A stretch of DNA of 64,000 bases from an uncultured delta proteobacterium (GTDB taxonomy: Bacteria > Desulfobacterota > Zymogenia > Zymogenales > Zymogenaceae). The stretch is from NCBI GenBank assembly GCA_963792965.1, contig CAWBYW010000018.1, positions 32,001-96,000 on the forward strand, given 5' to 3'. A model generated the notes under the pieces. The model worked only from the letters and a program-made list of their open reading frames with translations. It was not told where the DNA came from and did no database searches. The position numbers and the translations under genes are program-made. Positions 1-9,945 of this stretch are shown piece after piece (position 1 is the first letter of the stretch; each line of letters starts with the position of its first letter).

Positions 1-835
1 TGGGGCTTGTCCGCGACGCTTTCTTTTTCGGCTTCTTTATGAGCTTGGGCTCCTCGATATCCCCTATGCCCGAGTCGTCCATGCCGATGCCGACCGAGTC
101 GCCGAAGCCGATGTCTCCCCCCTTATTGCCCAGGAAGTCATCATTACCCATGGGAAAGTCATCGCCGATAGTCTTTGCCTTCCCGGGTTGCGGGCCGGCC
201 GCGGAAGCGGGAGGACGGCTGGAGGCCTGCGGTTTTTCATCCTCGAGCGCGGAGAGGTCAAAGTCTCCGCCCTCGTCGAGCACCGACTTCGCGCCGCCGG
301 CAGTGGAGGCCTCGTCAAAGGAGATGTCAAGATCACCGAGATTGCCCTCGAGCCCTTTGTCCGAAGAGGCACCCACCCCGGCATCCGGCCCCTTTTTCTC
401 TCCAAGATCAAATTCGAGGGAATCGCCGCCGCCTGGCACCCCCCCCGTCCCTTTTCCGAGATCGAATTCGAGAGAATCGTCGGCCGATCCCCCCGTCTTA
501 CGTGCGGATCCCTGGTCGAGATCGGCGTCGAGATTGAAATCGGAATCTCCGGTATCAAGGCCGAAGTCATCCGTTCCAAGGTCCTGGTCCAGATCTCCCC
601 CGAGGTCGGACTTCTCAGTCCCTTCCGCCGAGAGATCGCTTCCCCCCTCACTGAACGCGGACAAGTCATCATCAAGACCGGCGGAGAGTGAGTCTTCCTG
701 GGGTCGGGCCTGATTCGGGGGAGTCACGGTAAAGACATTCTTGCAGCGGGTGCAGCGGATCTTGACACCCTCGGGTTTGACCTTATCGTCGGGGAGGTTA
801 AATTTTGTATTGCAGTGGCTGCATTCTACGATCAT
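1..835 (-). CDS. Zinc-ribbon (MJ0042-type finger) domain protein with long acidic linker; 3' end runs off the window
   Basis: Not in the ORF track because it is open-ended. ATG at 835 follows a GGAGG RBS. Translation MIVECSHCNTKFNLPDDKVKPEGVKIRCTRCKNVFTV (CxxC...CxxC) is followed by Asp/Glu-rich low-complexity sequence. Confidence 0.8.
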   Translation of the reverse strand, partial: MIVECSHCNTKFNLPDDKVKPEGVKIRCTRCKNVFTVTPPNQARPQEDSLSAGLDDDLSAFSEGGSDLSAEGTEKSDLGGDLDQDLGTDDFGLDTGDSDFNLDADLDQGSARKTGGSADDSLEFDLGKGTGGVPGGGDSLEFDLGEKKGPDAGVGASSDKGLEGNLGDLDISFDEASTAGGAKSVLDEGGDFDLSALEDEKPQASSRPPASAAGPQPGKAKTIGDDFPMGNDDFLGNKGGDIGFGDSVGIGMDDSGIGDIEEPKLIKKPKKKASRTSP

Positions 836-1015
836 CGGGCCATCCTCCCTTGTAAAGAAGAGAGATGTATTTTGTGTTTTCATTATATCACCCGAGAAAC
901 TTTTGACAAGCAAAAACACCGGTGATGCGGTATATACTTGTATTCGGAATAGTTTAAATATATAATACGGTCAGAGATTTTGTGATTTTCATTCCGATTC
1001 ACATCCGATTGGATC

Positions 1016-2080
1016 ATGGAAGACAAGAGTTTCTGGGAGCAGATCCAAAAAAGAAACGAGGAACTCTCGACAATCAATGAGATTGGAAGGGCCCTCACCT
1101 CAAGCCTTGACGTCAGGGAGATCCTTTCGATCATCATGCAGCAGATCAGCTTCCTTCTCCAGCCGAAGAACTGGTCGCTGCTCTTGGTCGATGACGTAAA
1201 GGGAGATCTCTACTTCGAGATCGTCGTCGGAGATAACGCCGACAAGATAAAGAACCTCCGGCTCAAGATGGGCGAGGGAATAGCGGGGTGGGTGGCCGAA
1301 AACGGGAAACCGGTCCTCGTCTCGGACGTCTACAAGGACCCGCGCTTCTCCCCCAAGGCCGACAGAGCCTCCAACTTCAAGACGAAGTCCATCGTCTGTG
1401 TGCCCGTGGTAAGCAGGGACAGGGCCATCGGAGTCATTGAGCTGGTCAACTACTGCGACGACAAGGAGTTCACCGAAGACGACCTGCGCATCCTCTCGAT
1501 CCTGGCCGACTATACCGCCATCGCGCTTGAAAACGCCCGCTACTACGACATGGCCAGGCGGCTTATCCTCACCGACGAGCTGACGGGCCTCTACAACTCC
1601 CGTTATCTCCACCAGCTCCTCAACGGGGAGGGTGAAGACGAGATGAAAGACCTGAGCCAGGTCTCCATGATCTTCGTCGATCTTGACTACTTCAAAAATA
1701 TCAACGATAAATACGGGCACCTCATCGGGAGCAAGACCCTCAGGGAATTGGGAGGACTTCTGAAGGGAACGCTCAAAGGAAAAGAAAAAGGGATCCGTTA
1801 CGGGGGCGACGAATTCGTCATCATCCTTCCGAAAAGCGACAAAAGCCAGGCGTATGAGATCGCCAAGAAGATACGGACCAGGATCAAGAAGACCCGCTTC
1901 TTGATCGCCGAGGGCCTCAACATCAAGCTCACCGCCAGCTTCGGCGTGGCCTCCATACCGGAGGACGCCTCAAACTATCAGGAGCTGATCGGCGAGGCGG
2001 ACAAAGCCATGTATCAGGTAAAAAACACCTTCCGCGACGGCATATCTCTGGCCAAGACTACCTGGGTCAGCGGTTTTTGA
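1016..2080 (+). CDS. GAF-GGDEF diguanylate cyclase
   Basis: N-terminal GAF (GEGIAGWVA, SIVCVP), then DELTGLYN, DLDYFKNINDKYGH and RYGGDEF motifs. Confidence 0.93.
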   Translation: MEDKSFWEQIQKRNEELSTINEIGRALTSSLDVREILSIIMQQISFLLQPKNWSLLLVDDVKGDLYFEIVVGDNADKIKNLRLKMGEGIAGWVAENGKPVLVSDVYKDPRFSPKADRASNFKTKSIVCVPVVSRDRAIGVIELVNYCDDKEFTEDDLRILSILADYTAIALENARYYDMARRLILTDELTGLYNSRYLHQLLNGEGEDEMKDLSQVSMIFVDLDYFKNINDKYGHLIGSKTLRELGGLLKGTLKGKEKGIRYGGDEFVIILPKSDKSQAYEIAKKIRTRIKKTRFLIAEGLNIKLTASFGVASIPEDASNYQELIGEADKAMYQVKNTFRDGISLAKTTWVSGF

Positions 2081-2133
2081 CGCGCCCGGTAGGCGGCCGA
2101 TTTCCCCTATAGACATAAGACAGGAGACGATGA

Positions 2134-3231
2134 ATGAACTCACGAGAGCGGGTCGACGCGACGATCAACCTCCAGGAGCCGGATCGCGTTCCGGTGGGCC
2201 CCTTCATGATCTGGCACAACGCAATAGCCGCCGGAGTCAGCATCAAAGACTACGCATGGAACGTGGACACCTGTTTTCGGGCGAACAAGAAGTCCCTCGA
2301 GTTCTATGACAACGGCTTTGACGTCATGAACCTCGCCCCGATGCTCTTGGCCTACTCCAACATCAACCCGGTTCTCTACAGCGCCCTCTATTTTGACTGG
2401 CGGTTCCCCGAGGACAACATTCCCCAGTTCTTCGAGGCAACCATGGGGGACGAGACACTCTACGATACGATCCTGAAAAAAGGCTTTTCCACCGTCAGGA
2501 CCTTCAAGCGCGTCGGCCTTTCCCGGGTAGTGGTAAACCTTACCGTCGACGTTATAAAATATATGCGATGGATGAAGGTCGTGAAGCGAGAGTGGGACGT
2601 CGTTCCCTTCGGGGATATGGTCTGCTATACGCCGGCCGAGATCATGCTCTTCATGCGCGCAAACCAGGGTTTTGTAGACATCAGGAAGCGCCCCGAAAAG
2701 CTCATCGAGCTCAACGAGAAGTACAACAAGATCTTCATCAAGAGATCTATCCAGCTGGCCAAGCTCCTCAAGACCGAATTCATTTTCATGCCTTCGCTGA
2801 AGTTCTCCACGAGCTTCATGAATCCCAAGATCTTCGAGAAGATCCAGTGGCCCTGGTACAAGGAGATGGCAGAGTCGTTCGTCGGCGCCGGTTTCAAGGT
2901 GCTGCTGCATCTGGACGGCGACTGGGGACCGCTGCTTGAGCACTTCACCGAGCTGACCCCCAAGAAGTATGTCATGGAGCTCGACGTGACCGACATGAAA
3001 CGCGCAAAGAAGACGGTCGGGCATCTCATGTGCATCAAGGGGATGGTCGGCCCCCTGACGCTGGCCATGGGGACGGTCAAGGAGGTGGAGCGGGAGTGCA
3101 AGCGTTTCATCGACGACTGCGCGCCCGGTGGTGGTTTCATCCTCTCCTCCGGGTGCGAGGCGCCGTCCAATACAAAGCCCGAGAACATGCGGATGATGAT
3201 ACGATGCGCACGGGAGTACGGAAAGTATTGA
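2134..3231 (+). CDS. Uroporphyrinogen decarboxylase-family (URO-D/MtaA-CmuA-like) protein, substrate unknown
   Basis: N-terminal ERV...EPDRVPV, internal HLDG, C-terminal GGGFILSSGCE motif typical of this superfamily. Confidence 0.8.
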   Translation: MNSRERVDATINLQEPDRVPVGPFMIWHNAIAAGVSIKDYAWNVDTCFRANKKSLEFYDNGFDVMNLAPMLLAYSNINPVLYSALYFDWRFPEDNIPQFFEATMGDETLYDTILKKGFSTVRTFKRVGLSRVVVNLTVDVIKYMRWMKVVKREWDVVPFGDMVCYTPAEIMLFMRANQGFVDIRKRPEKLIELNEKYNKIFIKRSIQLAKLLKTEFIFMPSLKFSTSFMNPKIFEKIQWPWYKEMAESFVGAGFKVLLHLDGDWGPLLEHFTELTPKKYVMELDVTDMKRAKKTVGHLMCIKGMVGPLTLAMGTVKEVERECKRFIDDCAPGGGFILSSGCEAPSNTKPENMRMMIRCAREYGKY

Positions 3232-3374
3232 GTCGGACAGAAAGTCTCACACGTGATAACGGGCACCCACGGGGTGGGCCCGTTATCGTTCTATCGGCCG
3301 TTCGCGTTCCGCATGCGGTACCGACCGGCCCCGAATAGGCCGGCTGCAGGTACGGTGCCCGACCGCCGAGTCTG

Positions 3375-3785
3375 CTATCTGAAGAGGTCTCTGATCGACG
3401 CGATCTTCTTGTATATCTCTTCAAGCCCCGCGTATCTCAGGATATCCTCGAATGTCGTGGATTTGAGCGATTTGAGTTCTTCGAGCTTCTTTGTCGCATC
3501 CTCCCGCTGAGCCTTCAGCATCTCGACGTTCTTATCGATCTCTTGTTGCGTCTGCCCGCCGACTACGCGCGCCTGGGCGGTGAGCTCAGCGATGGAACGA
3601 TCGTACTGCGTGAGCTGTTCCTCCAGCTGCCCCGTGAGCTCATCGATATTCTTGCCCGCGCTCTCCTTCAGCGTCTCGGGAATCGTCCCGGTGCCTTCCG
3701 TGCCGTTCCTCCCACACGAGGCGACCGAAAGGCCCAGGCAGAGGATCGCCGATGCGGCCACCACGGCTAACATTATCCGCTTCAT
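3375..3785 (-). CDS. Putative lipoprotein, coiled-coil
   Basis: Signal peptide with lipobox-like VASC, followed by a helical heptad-rich region. Confidence 0.65.
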   Translation of the reverse strand: MKRIMLAVVAASAILCLGLSVASCGRNGTEGTGTIPETLKESAGKNIDELTGQLEEQLTQYDRSIAELTAQARVVGGQTQQEIDKNVEMLKAQREDATKKLEELKSLKSTTFEDILRYAGLEEIYKKIASIRDLFR

Positions 3786-3871
3786 TTCTCCTCCTCGCCG
3801 AGGAGCGTCGAGGCGATACGCAGCGCCTTCCTTTCCTTCAGCTTCTTTTCACGTACCGTATGATTTTCCTC

Positions 3872-4288
3872 TTAAAAGATCGATTGGAATATTCCTCTGA
3901 TCGTTTCCCACAACCCCGTGAAATAGGCCACGGCCTCCGGATTGGCTGTCGTCGGCGACCAGACGTGTATGCCCAGGCCCAGCTGGGCGCGCACCCAATC
4001 GCCAACCGCGAACTGCCCGATCGCGACGTGGCCCGTCGTGAATTGCCCGATGCCGAAGAAGACGGCCGGGGCAAACTGTCCCAACGCAAAGAGCCCCCCC
4101 ACGAACTGGCCGAAGGCGAACAGGACCCCGAGCCCTGCCTGGGCGATAGTGATCAGCCCGTACCCGTACTGGCCGATTGCGATGATACCCTTGGCGACGA
4201 GAGTTCTCCCTTCTTTGTCCCTCCCGAAGGCGATGTGAACCAAGGGCCAGCCGTAGATCGTCAGATGAGTCTTATATTCGAATCCCAT
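3872..4288 (-). CDS. Small Gly-rich membrane protein (AIGQ repeats), paralog 1
   Basis: MGFEYKTHLTIYGWPLVHIAFG... with GGAGG RBS upstream; near-duplicate of 4448-4852. Confidence 0.8.
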   Translation of the reverse strand: MGFEYKTHLTIYGWPLVHIAFGRDKEGRTLVAKGIIAIGQYGYGLITIAQAGLGVLFAFGQFVGGLFALGQFAPAVFFGIGQFTTGHVAIGQFAVGDWVRAQLGLGIHVWSPTTANPEAVAYFTGLWETIRGIFQSIF

Positions 4289-4447
4289 CGTGGGCCTCCT
4301 CATAATCCCTGAGAGGCGGTCTGTCAATATAAGCGGTGCGCCATACGACGTACAGTCGTTTCCCCCCCTCGGGACTGCTGCGGCGCATTGCCGTCTCTTC
4401 AGGCACAGCCTCGGTTTTCCTCGATCGCTTATTCAGTCTACGAGGCG

Positions 4448-4852
4448 CTATAAAACCCCCTTGACCGCTTCCCACAACCCCGTAAAATAGGCCACCGCCG
4501 CGGGGTCGGTAGTCGTGGTCGACCAGACGTGGATCCCGAGGCCGAGCTGGGCCAGCACCCAGTCCCCAATAGCCATCTGGCCGATCGCGACGTGCCCCGT
4601 CGTAAACTGCCCGATGCCGAAAAAGACCGCGGGCGCCACCTGCCCGATGGCAAAGAGCCCCCCGACAAGCTGCCCGAACGAAAAGAGCGCCCCGAACCCG
4701 AGCTGGGCAATGGTGATCAGGCCGATCCCGAACTGCCCGATCGCGATGACGCCTTTGGCGATCCGAAATCGTCCATTCTCGTCCCGCCCGAAGGCGATGT
4801 GGACGAGCGGCCATCCATAAATCGTCAGTGGAGTTTTGTATTCAAATCCCAT
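4448..4852 (-). CDS. Small Gly-rich membrane protein (AIGQ repeats), paralog 2
   Basis: MGFEYKTPLTIYGWPLVHIAFG...; colinear with paralog 1; AAGGAGG RBS. Confidence 0.8.
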   Translation of the reverse strand: MGFEYKTPLTIYGWPLVHIAFGRDENGRFRIAKGVIAIGQFGIGLITIAQLGFGALFSFGQLVGGLFAIGQVAPAVFFGIGQFTTGHVAIGQMAIGDWVLAQLGLGIHVWSTTTTDPAAVAYFTGLWEAVKGVL

Positions 4853-4917
4853 GATAGACCTCCTTATAGTCCCTGAGAGTGACCGGCACGGCCGGCCGTA
4901 CGCTTCAAGAGGGGCGC

Positions 4918-5460
4918 TTATATTTTCTTCTCCGCGTCCTGGTCCAGCACCCAGATCTCCGGGAGGTTGCGGTACGCCTCATTGCAGTCAATACCGTATC
5001 CCATGATGAAGCCGTCGTCCATCTCCAGCCCCACATAGTCGACCTCTATCTCCACCTCGCGCCGGGCCTTCTTATCGATAAGCGTGCAGATAGCCAGCGA
5101 CTTCGGCCTCCGGCGCAGGAGGATATCCTTGAGATACTTCAGCGTGATCCCGGTGTCAACGATGTCCTCCACCACCAACACATGTTTGCCCTCGATGGGG
5201 GCCGACAGGTCCTTGAGCATCTTGACCTCGCCCGAGCTGCTGGTCCCCGACCCGTATGATGCCAGAGCCACAAAATCGACCGTCACCTCCACCTCCAGCT
5301 TGCGGATCAGGTCGGCCATAAAGACGAAACTCCCCTTGAGGATCCCAACCACGATAAGCGGTTTGCCTTTATAGTCCCGGTTAATTCTCTCGGCGAGGTC
5401 CGAGACCGCCTTCTGGATTGTGTCGTGAGAAAAGAGGAGCCTTCTTTTCATTGATTTCAT
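4918..5460 (-). CDS. hpt: Hypoxanthine phosphoribosyltransferase
   Basis: GILKGSFVFMADL, PRPP-binding VLVVEDIVDTG and GFIMGYGID motifs. Confidence 0.95.
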   Translation of the reverse strand: MKSMKRRLLFSHDTIQKAVSDLAERINRDYKGKPLIVVGILKGSFVFMADLIRKLEVEVTVDFVALASYGSGTSSSGEVKMLKDLSAPIEGKHVLVVEDIVDTGITLKYLKDILLRRRPKSLAICTLIDKKARREVEIEVDYVGLEMDDGFIMGYGIDCNEAYRNLPEIWVLDQDAEKKI

Positions 5461-6547
5461 CGCTTGCTTCCTTCCTTATCAGCTCGGCGACCCGTCCCAC
5501 CGCAATGTTTACACCTGCCGGTGACCAATGGGTGTCGCTCGGATAATAGAACAATACACTGTCCCCGTTGACACGCCGACAGGTCTTATACTCCGTGTAC
5601 AGGTCAACGGTTGGGACATCTCTTTTACGCAGTTCTTTGGTCAGCCGTGGTATGAGCCCGTTATACGGGCCTGCGCCGGCCAGATCACCGTAGATAGAAT
5701 ATTTATCGGGTATCGGCAGGAAAATTAGCTCGATGTTGTACTCCGAATCGAGCCTCTCGCTCTCGCGCTGTATGACGTCGGCGATCTCACCGATTTCGCT
5801 GGAGGAAAAGACCCGAGTATATGATTCGATGTCCCCGTGATAGAAAAGCATTTTTGGGTCAAGGGAATACTTCGGGGTCAGCTCTGAAATCTCTCCGAAG
5901 AGTAGAAACCTCGCGGTAGAAATCCCGGAGAGAAGCCTCACCATTATCGGCGTGTTGGTAAACAGATACTCGAAGCGCTCCTTATCGAACAAGATAATAA
6001 GAGTCTTACTGAAAAGAACTTCAAGCCGGTTTTCACTCTCCCTCTCTTGTTCCCTGACCGTGTTGACCGTAACACCCGGGTCGGCCATATTGGAAGCAAT
6101 CTCCCGCTCTACGAGCTCCCAAACGAGGAACGTCCGTCCCTTTGGTCTATATCCTTCTTCGATCAGCATCACGATTGGGTCTGCGGATACGACGGCCATA
6201 TCCCTGATATAGACGAAGGACGTCCGCTCCTTTGTCCGGCTTTGCAACAGGTGGGGAAAAAGGCCTTCGTGCACATTGGAGAAACTGTCTCCGAAGCAGA
6301 TGATCTGAGCCTTGCTCAGGGGGTCGAAACGATAGGTGCCCTCGCCGGGGTAAGCGGGGATCTCGACTCTGAAATAGTTATTCTTGGACATTACGTAGAG
6401 ATCACCGTAGTTCTTGCCCAGGGGCACAAGGATGTTGCCGATGAAGGGGATCTTGCTGGATAAGACGAGGAGAAAAGAGACGACGGCCAGCGTGTCGATC
6501 AGAATCAGGAGCACCTTTCCTTTTCTTTCGGAGGATATCTTCATCAT
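5381..6547 (-). CDS. AlgX/AlgJ-like SGNH O-acetyltransferase (periplasmic partner of the MBOAT)
   Basis: Own ATG at 6547 overlaps the MBOAT stop. N-terminal TM, GDSF catalytic Ser motif and DTHW (DxH) motif. 3' end overlaps hpt by 80 nt, so the true stop is uncertain. Confidence 0.75.
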   Translation of the reverse strand: MMKISSERKGKVLLILIDTLAVVSFLLVLSSKIPFIGNILVPLGKNYGDLYVMSKNNYFRVEIPAYPGEGTYRFDPLSKAQIICFGDSFSNVHEGLFPHLLQSRTKERTSFVYIRDMAVVSADPIVMLIEEGYRPKGRTFLVWELVEREIASNMADPGVTVNTVREQERESENRLEVLFSKTLIILFDKERFEYLFTNTPIMVRLLSGISTARFLLFGEISELTPKYSLDPKMLFYHGDIESYTRVFSSSEIGEIADVIQRESERLDSEYNIELIFLPIPDKYSIYGDLAGAGPYNGLIPRLTKELRKRDVPTVDLYTEYKTCRRVNGDSVLFYYPSDTHWSPAGVNIAVGRVAELIRKEASDEINEKKAPLFSRHNPEGGLGPRREN

Positions 6548-7984
6548 CAAAACTTGAAATAAATAAAGTCGGAGCTCTTGAACACACCAAGAAGTGCAAA
6601 TGCGATGATGAACAACATATAGGACGCCGCCTTCACGGACGCCGGCAGGCCTTTGATCCTTCTCCCGCGCGCTCTCCTTGCCGAGGAGTATCTCGGCCCC
6701 CACAAGCCCCACGATCAACGCGATCGAGAGGACCAGGTTGATGCTTCCAAGCCCCGCGTCAAGATGATCGGGCCGGCCCGTGACGCCGCCCATGTTATGG
6801 ATGATGGTGAGCGCATCGACCATGGTGTCGGCCCGAAAGAAGATCCAGCCGAACACGACCAGGTGAAAGGTAAACAGGATGCTCAATAGGCCGGCCAGCC
6901 TCCGTCCACCCGGCTCGGGGCCCTTCACCTCCCAGAGCCGGCTGCCGCCGGCGATTGTGACGATATAGAACAACCCGTGCAATAACCCCCAGAAGATGAA
7001 TGTCCAGTTGGCCCCGTGCCACAGCCCGCAGATAAAGAAGGTAATGCATACGTTGATGTACCGGCGGGGCGTCGAGGTCCGATTTCCCCCGAGGGGAATG
7101 TAGATATAGTCCCTCAGCCAGCCGGTCAGCGATATGTGCCACCTCCTCCAGAAGTCCGGTATCGAGTACGCGAAATAGGGTCGATCGAAGTTTTCCATCA
7201 CGTCATATCCGAGGATCCGCGCACTCCCTATGGCGATATCGGTGTAGCCCGAGAAATCGCAGTAGATCTGAAACGTGAAGAAATATGCCGCGAGAATCGC
7301 CGGGATGCCGGCGAATTCGGACGGGGACCCATAGACGTTGTTGACATAGAGCGCCAGCCGGTCGGCAATGACGACCTTCTTGACCAGTCCCCAGAATATT
7401 CTGTTGAGGCCTCCCATGACCCGGTCATAGTCAAACGGCTTTTCATCGCGGATTTGGACAAGCTGCGTGCCGGCCCGCTCGATGGGACCCGCGGTTATAA
7501 GCGGGAAGAACGAAACGAAGAGGGCGAAGCGCCCCACGTTTTTTTCGGGCCGCTGTTTTTTCCGGTAGACGTCGATCGCATAGCCCAAAGACTTGAAGAG
7601 ATAAAATGAAATACCCACGGGCAAAAGGATCGTGAGAGGGCGAAGATGAAGCGAAACGTCCAGCGACGAAAGCAGGCTATTGAGGTTATCGACGACGAAA
7701 TTCGTGTACTTGAAATAGAAAAGAACGCCGACGGCCGCAATGATCGTGAGCGCGAGGAAGACGGCCTTCGTCTTCGGACTTTTCGCTCGGTCGATTACCA
7801 GCCCCGAGATGTAGTGGATCGCGATGACGAAGAAGAGGAGAAGGATAAAAAGGGGACGAAACGACATATAAAAATAGACGCTTGCCAGAAGGAGGAAGAG
7901 CCATCGAAACCGCTCGGGAAGGTTATAATAGATCGCGACGACGACGACAAAGAAGATGAGGTAAAAGATAGAATTAAACTGCAT
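6547..7984 (-). CDS. AlgI/DltB-like MBOAT O-acyltransferase (one frameshift near 6660)
   Basis: LPVGISFY, DFSGYTDIAIG, FWRRWHISL and GLWHGA motifs. The canonical C-terminus ...SDFIYFKF* lies in another frame, ending at 6547. Confidence 0.9.
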
Positions 7985-8183
7985 GTTTGTTACGCGGCCA
8001 CTCTATGACGGAACGTACTACCCATAAAAAGGAGATAAGTCAAATCGTTATTTTTCGTAAAGATTAACAAATCGGGACTTTTGAGTCAAGCTCTTAATCG
8101 GTGCCGGGGGCATCGCGGACCAAGCGTCATCATAGACAGGCCGATGAGTGCGCCTCAGCGCCGAATGCGGAAGGTATAATACC

Positions 8184-8212
8184 TTGACCGCCTTTTATTA
8201 TTAATGTAGAAT
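8184..8212 (+). promoter_or_regulatory. sigma70 promoter for the opp operon
   Basis: TTGACC-17 bp-TAGAAT. Confidence 0.65.
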
Positions 8213-8298
8213 AATTCCTTCAGAATTCATCCGTTCGCAGTCCGGATACGAAGCGGGCAACGGCACGTCCCATGAAAGGACTCCGGAGGGTAACGTCC

Positions 8299-9930
8299 AT
8301 GAAAGTCATGAAACCTGTCTTTTCGCTGGCCTTCATCCTGCTTTTCATCTTCTCCTGTTCAAAGGGCTCGACGGCCCCGAATGGTAACGGCTCCGACACC
8401 GGCCCCGCGTTTGGGGACGCCATCATTATCGGGTCGATCGGCGACGCCTCGACGCTGATCCCGGTCATCGCCTCCGACAGCTCGTCGTTTGATATCGCCG
8501 GTTACATCTACAACGGACTGGTGAAATACGACAAGGACTATAATATTGTGGGCGACCTGGCCGAGTCGTGGGACATATCGCCGGACAACCTCACCATCAC
8601 CTTTCACCTGAGAAAGAACGTGAAGTGGCAGGACGGCGTCCCCTTCACGAGCGCCGACGTCATGTTCACCTACCGGCTGATGATCAATCCCAACACGCCG
8701 ACGGCCTACGCCGCCGATTTCCTTCTCGTCAAGGAGGCAAAGGCCCCCGACCCGTATACCTTTGTCGTCACCTATAAGGAGCCCTTTGCCCCGGCCCTCA
8801 TCAGCTGGGGTTTCTGGATGATGCCCAAACACCTCCTCGAGGGCAAGGACCTCACCACATCCAAGCTTAACCGCAGCCCCGTCGGAACCGGCCCCTACCG
8901 CTTCGTCGAATGGTCCGCCGGCGAAAAGATCGTCCTGGATTCCTACCATGACTATTTCGAGGGGAGGCCCTATATCGACCGTCTCATCTACCGCATCATC
9001 CCCGATACCGCCACGATGTTCCTTGAGCTCAAGGCGGGCGGGGTGGATTGGATGGGCCTTTCTCCCATCCAGTACAAGCGCCAGACCGACAACGATTTCT
9101 TCAAAGAAAGCTTCGTGAAGTATAAGTACCTCGCCGACGGCTATACCTACCTCGGTTTCAATCTCAAGGACCCGAAGTTCACCGACAAGCGGGTCCGCAA
9201 GGCCATTTCGTACGCCATCGACAAGCAGGAGATCGTGGACATTGTCCTGTTGGGGCTCGGCGATATCGCCACCGGCCCCTATAAGCCCGGCACCTGGCAG
9301 TACAACGGGAAGGTCGAGCGCTACGATTATAACCCGGAAAAGGCCAAAAAGCTCCTGAGGGATGCGGGCTGGGTCGACACGAACGGCGACGGGGTCCTCG
9401 AAAAAGACGGCGTGCCTTTTACTTTCACCATCGTCACCAACCAGGGAAACGAATTGCGCGCCAAGACCGCCGAGCTCATCCAGAACAAGCTCAAAGACGT
9501 GGGGATCAAGGTCCAGATCAGGATCGTGGAGTGGGCGGCCTTCCTGTCGGAGTTCGTCGAGACGAGAAATTTCGAGGCCTTGATCCTGGGCTGGAACATA
9601 ACGAAGGACCCCGACCTCTACGATGTGTGGCACTCGTCCAAGATCGGCCCCAACGAGCTCAACCACATCTCGTTCAAGAACGCCGAGGTCGACAGGCTCC
9701 TCGTCGAGGGGCGACGGACGTTTGATAAAGAGCTGCGCAAAAAATACTATTTTCGTCTGCAGGAGATCCTCGCCGACGAGGCGCCGTACGTATTCCTGTA
9801 TATCTCCGACGACCTGCCGATCATCCACGCCCGGTTCAAAGGGATTGTGCCGGCCCCGGCGGGAATCAGCTACAATTTCAACAAGTGGTATGTGCCCAAG
9901 GAGCTTCAGCGATACACCAACCTCAGGTAA
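8299..9930 (+). CDS. oppA: Peptide/nickel ABC transporter substrate-binding lipoprotein (family 5)
   Basis: Lipobox FSC, LAESWDIS..., VGTGPYRF. Start at 8299 follows GGAGG; the ORF track starts at 8272. Confidence 0.9.
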   Translation: MKVMKPVFSLAFILLFIFSCSKGSTAPNGNGSDTGPAFGDAIIIGSIGDASTLIPVIASDSSSFDIAGYIYNGLVKYDKDYNIVGDLAESWDISPDNLTITFHLRKNVKWQDGVPFTSADVMFTYRLMINPNTPTAYAADFLLVKEAKAPDPYTFVVTYKEPFAPALISWGFWMMPKHLLEGKDLTTSKLNRSPVGTGPYRFVEWSAGEKIVLDSYHDYFEGRPYIDRLIYRIIPDTATMFLELKAGGVDWMGLSPIQYKRQTDNDFFKESFVKYKYLADGYTYLGFNLKDPKFTDKRVRKAISYAIDKQEIVDIVLLGLGDIATGPYKPGTWQYNGKVERYDYNPEKAKKLLRDAGWVDTNGDGVLEKDGVPFTFTIVTNQGNELRAKTAELIQNKLKDVGIKVQIRIVEWAAFLSEFVETRNFEALILGWNITKDPDLYDVWHSSKIGPNELNHISFKNAEVDRLLVEGRRTFDKELRKKYYFRLQEILADEAPYVFLYISDDLPIIHARFKGIVPAPAGISYNFNKWYVPKELQRYTNLR

Positions 9931-9945
9931 AACGGCGAGCGTCCC

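Noticed and set aside
5381-7984. 867-aa MBOAT-SGNH fusion in the ORF track
   Set aside because: The canonical MBOAT ending FIYFKF* is present in another frame and overlaps the next ATG. A single indel near 6660 creates the apparent fusion.
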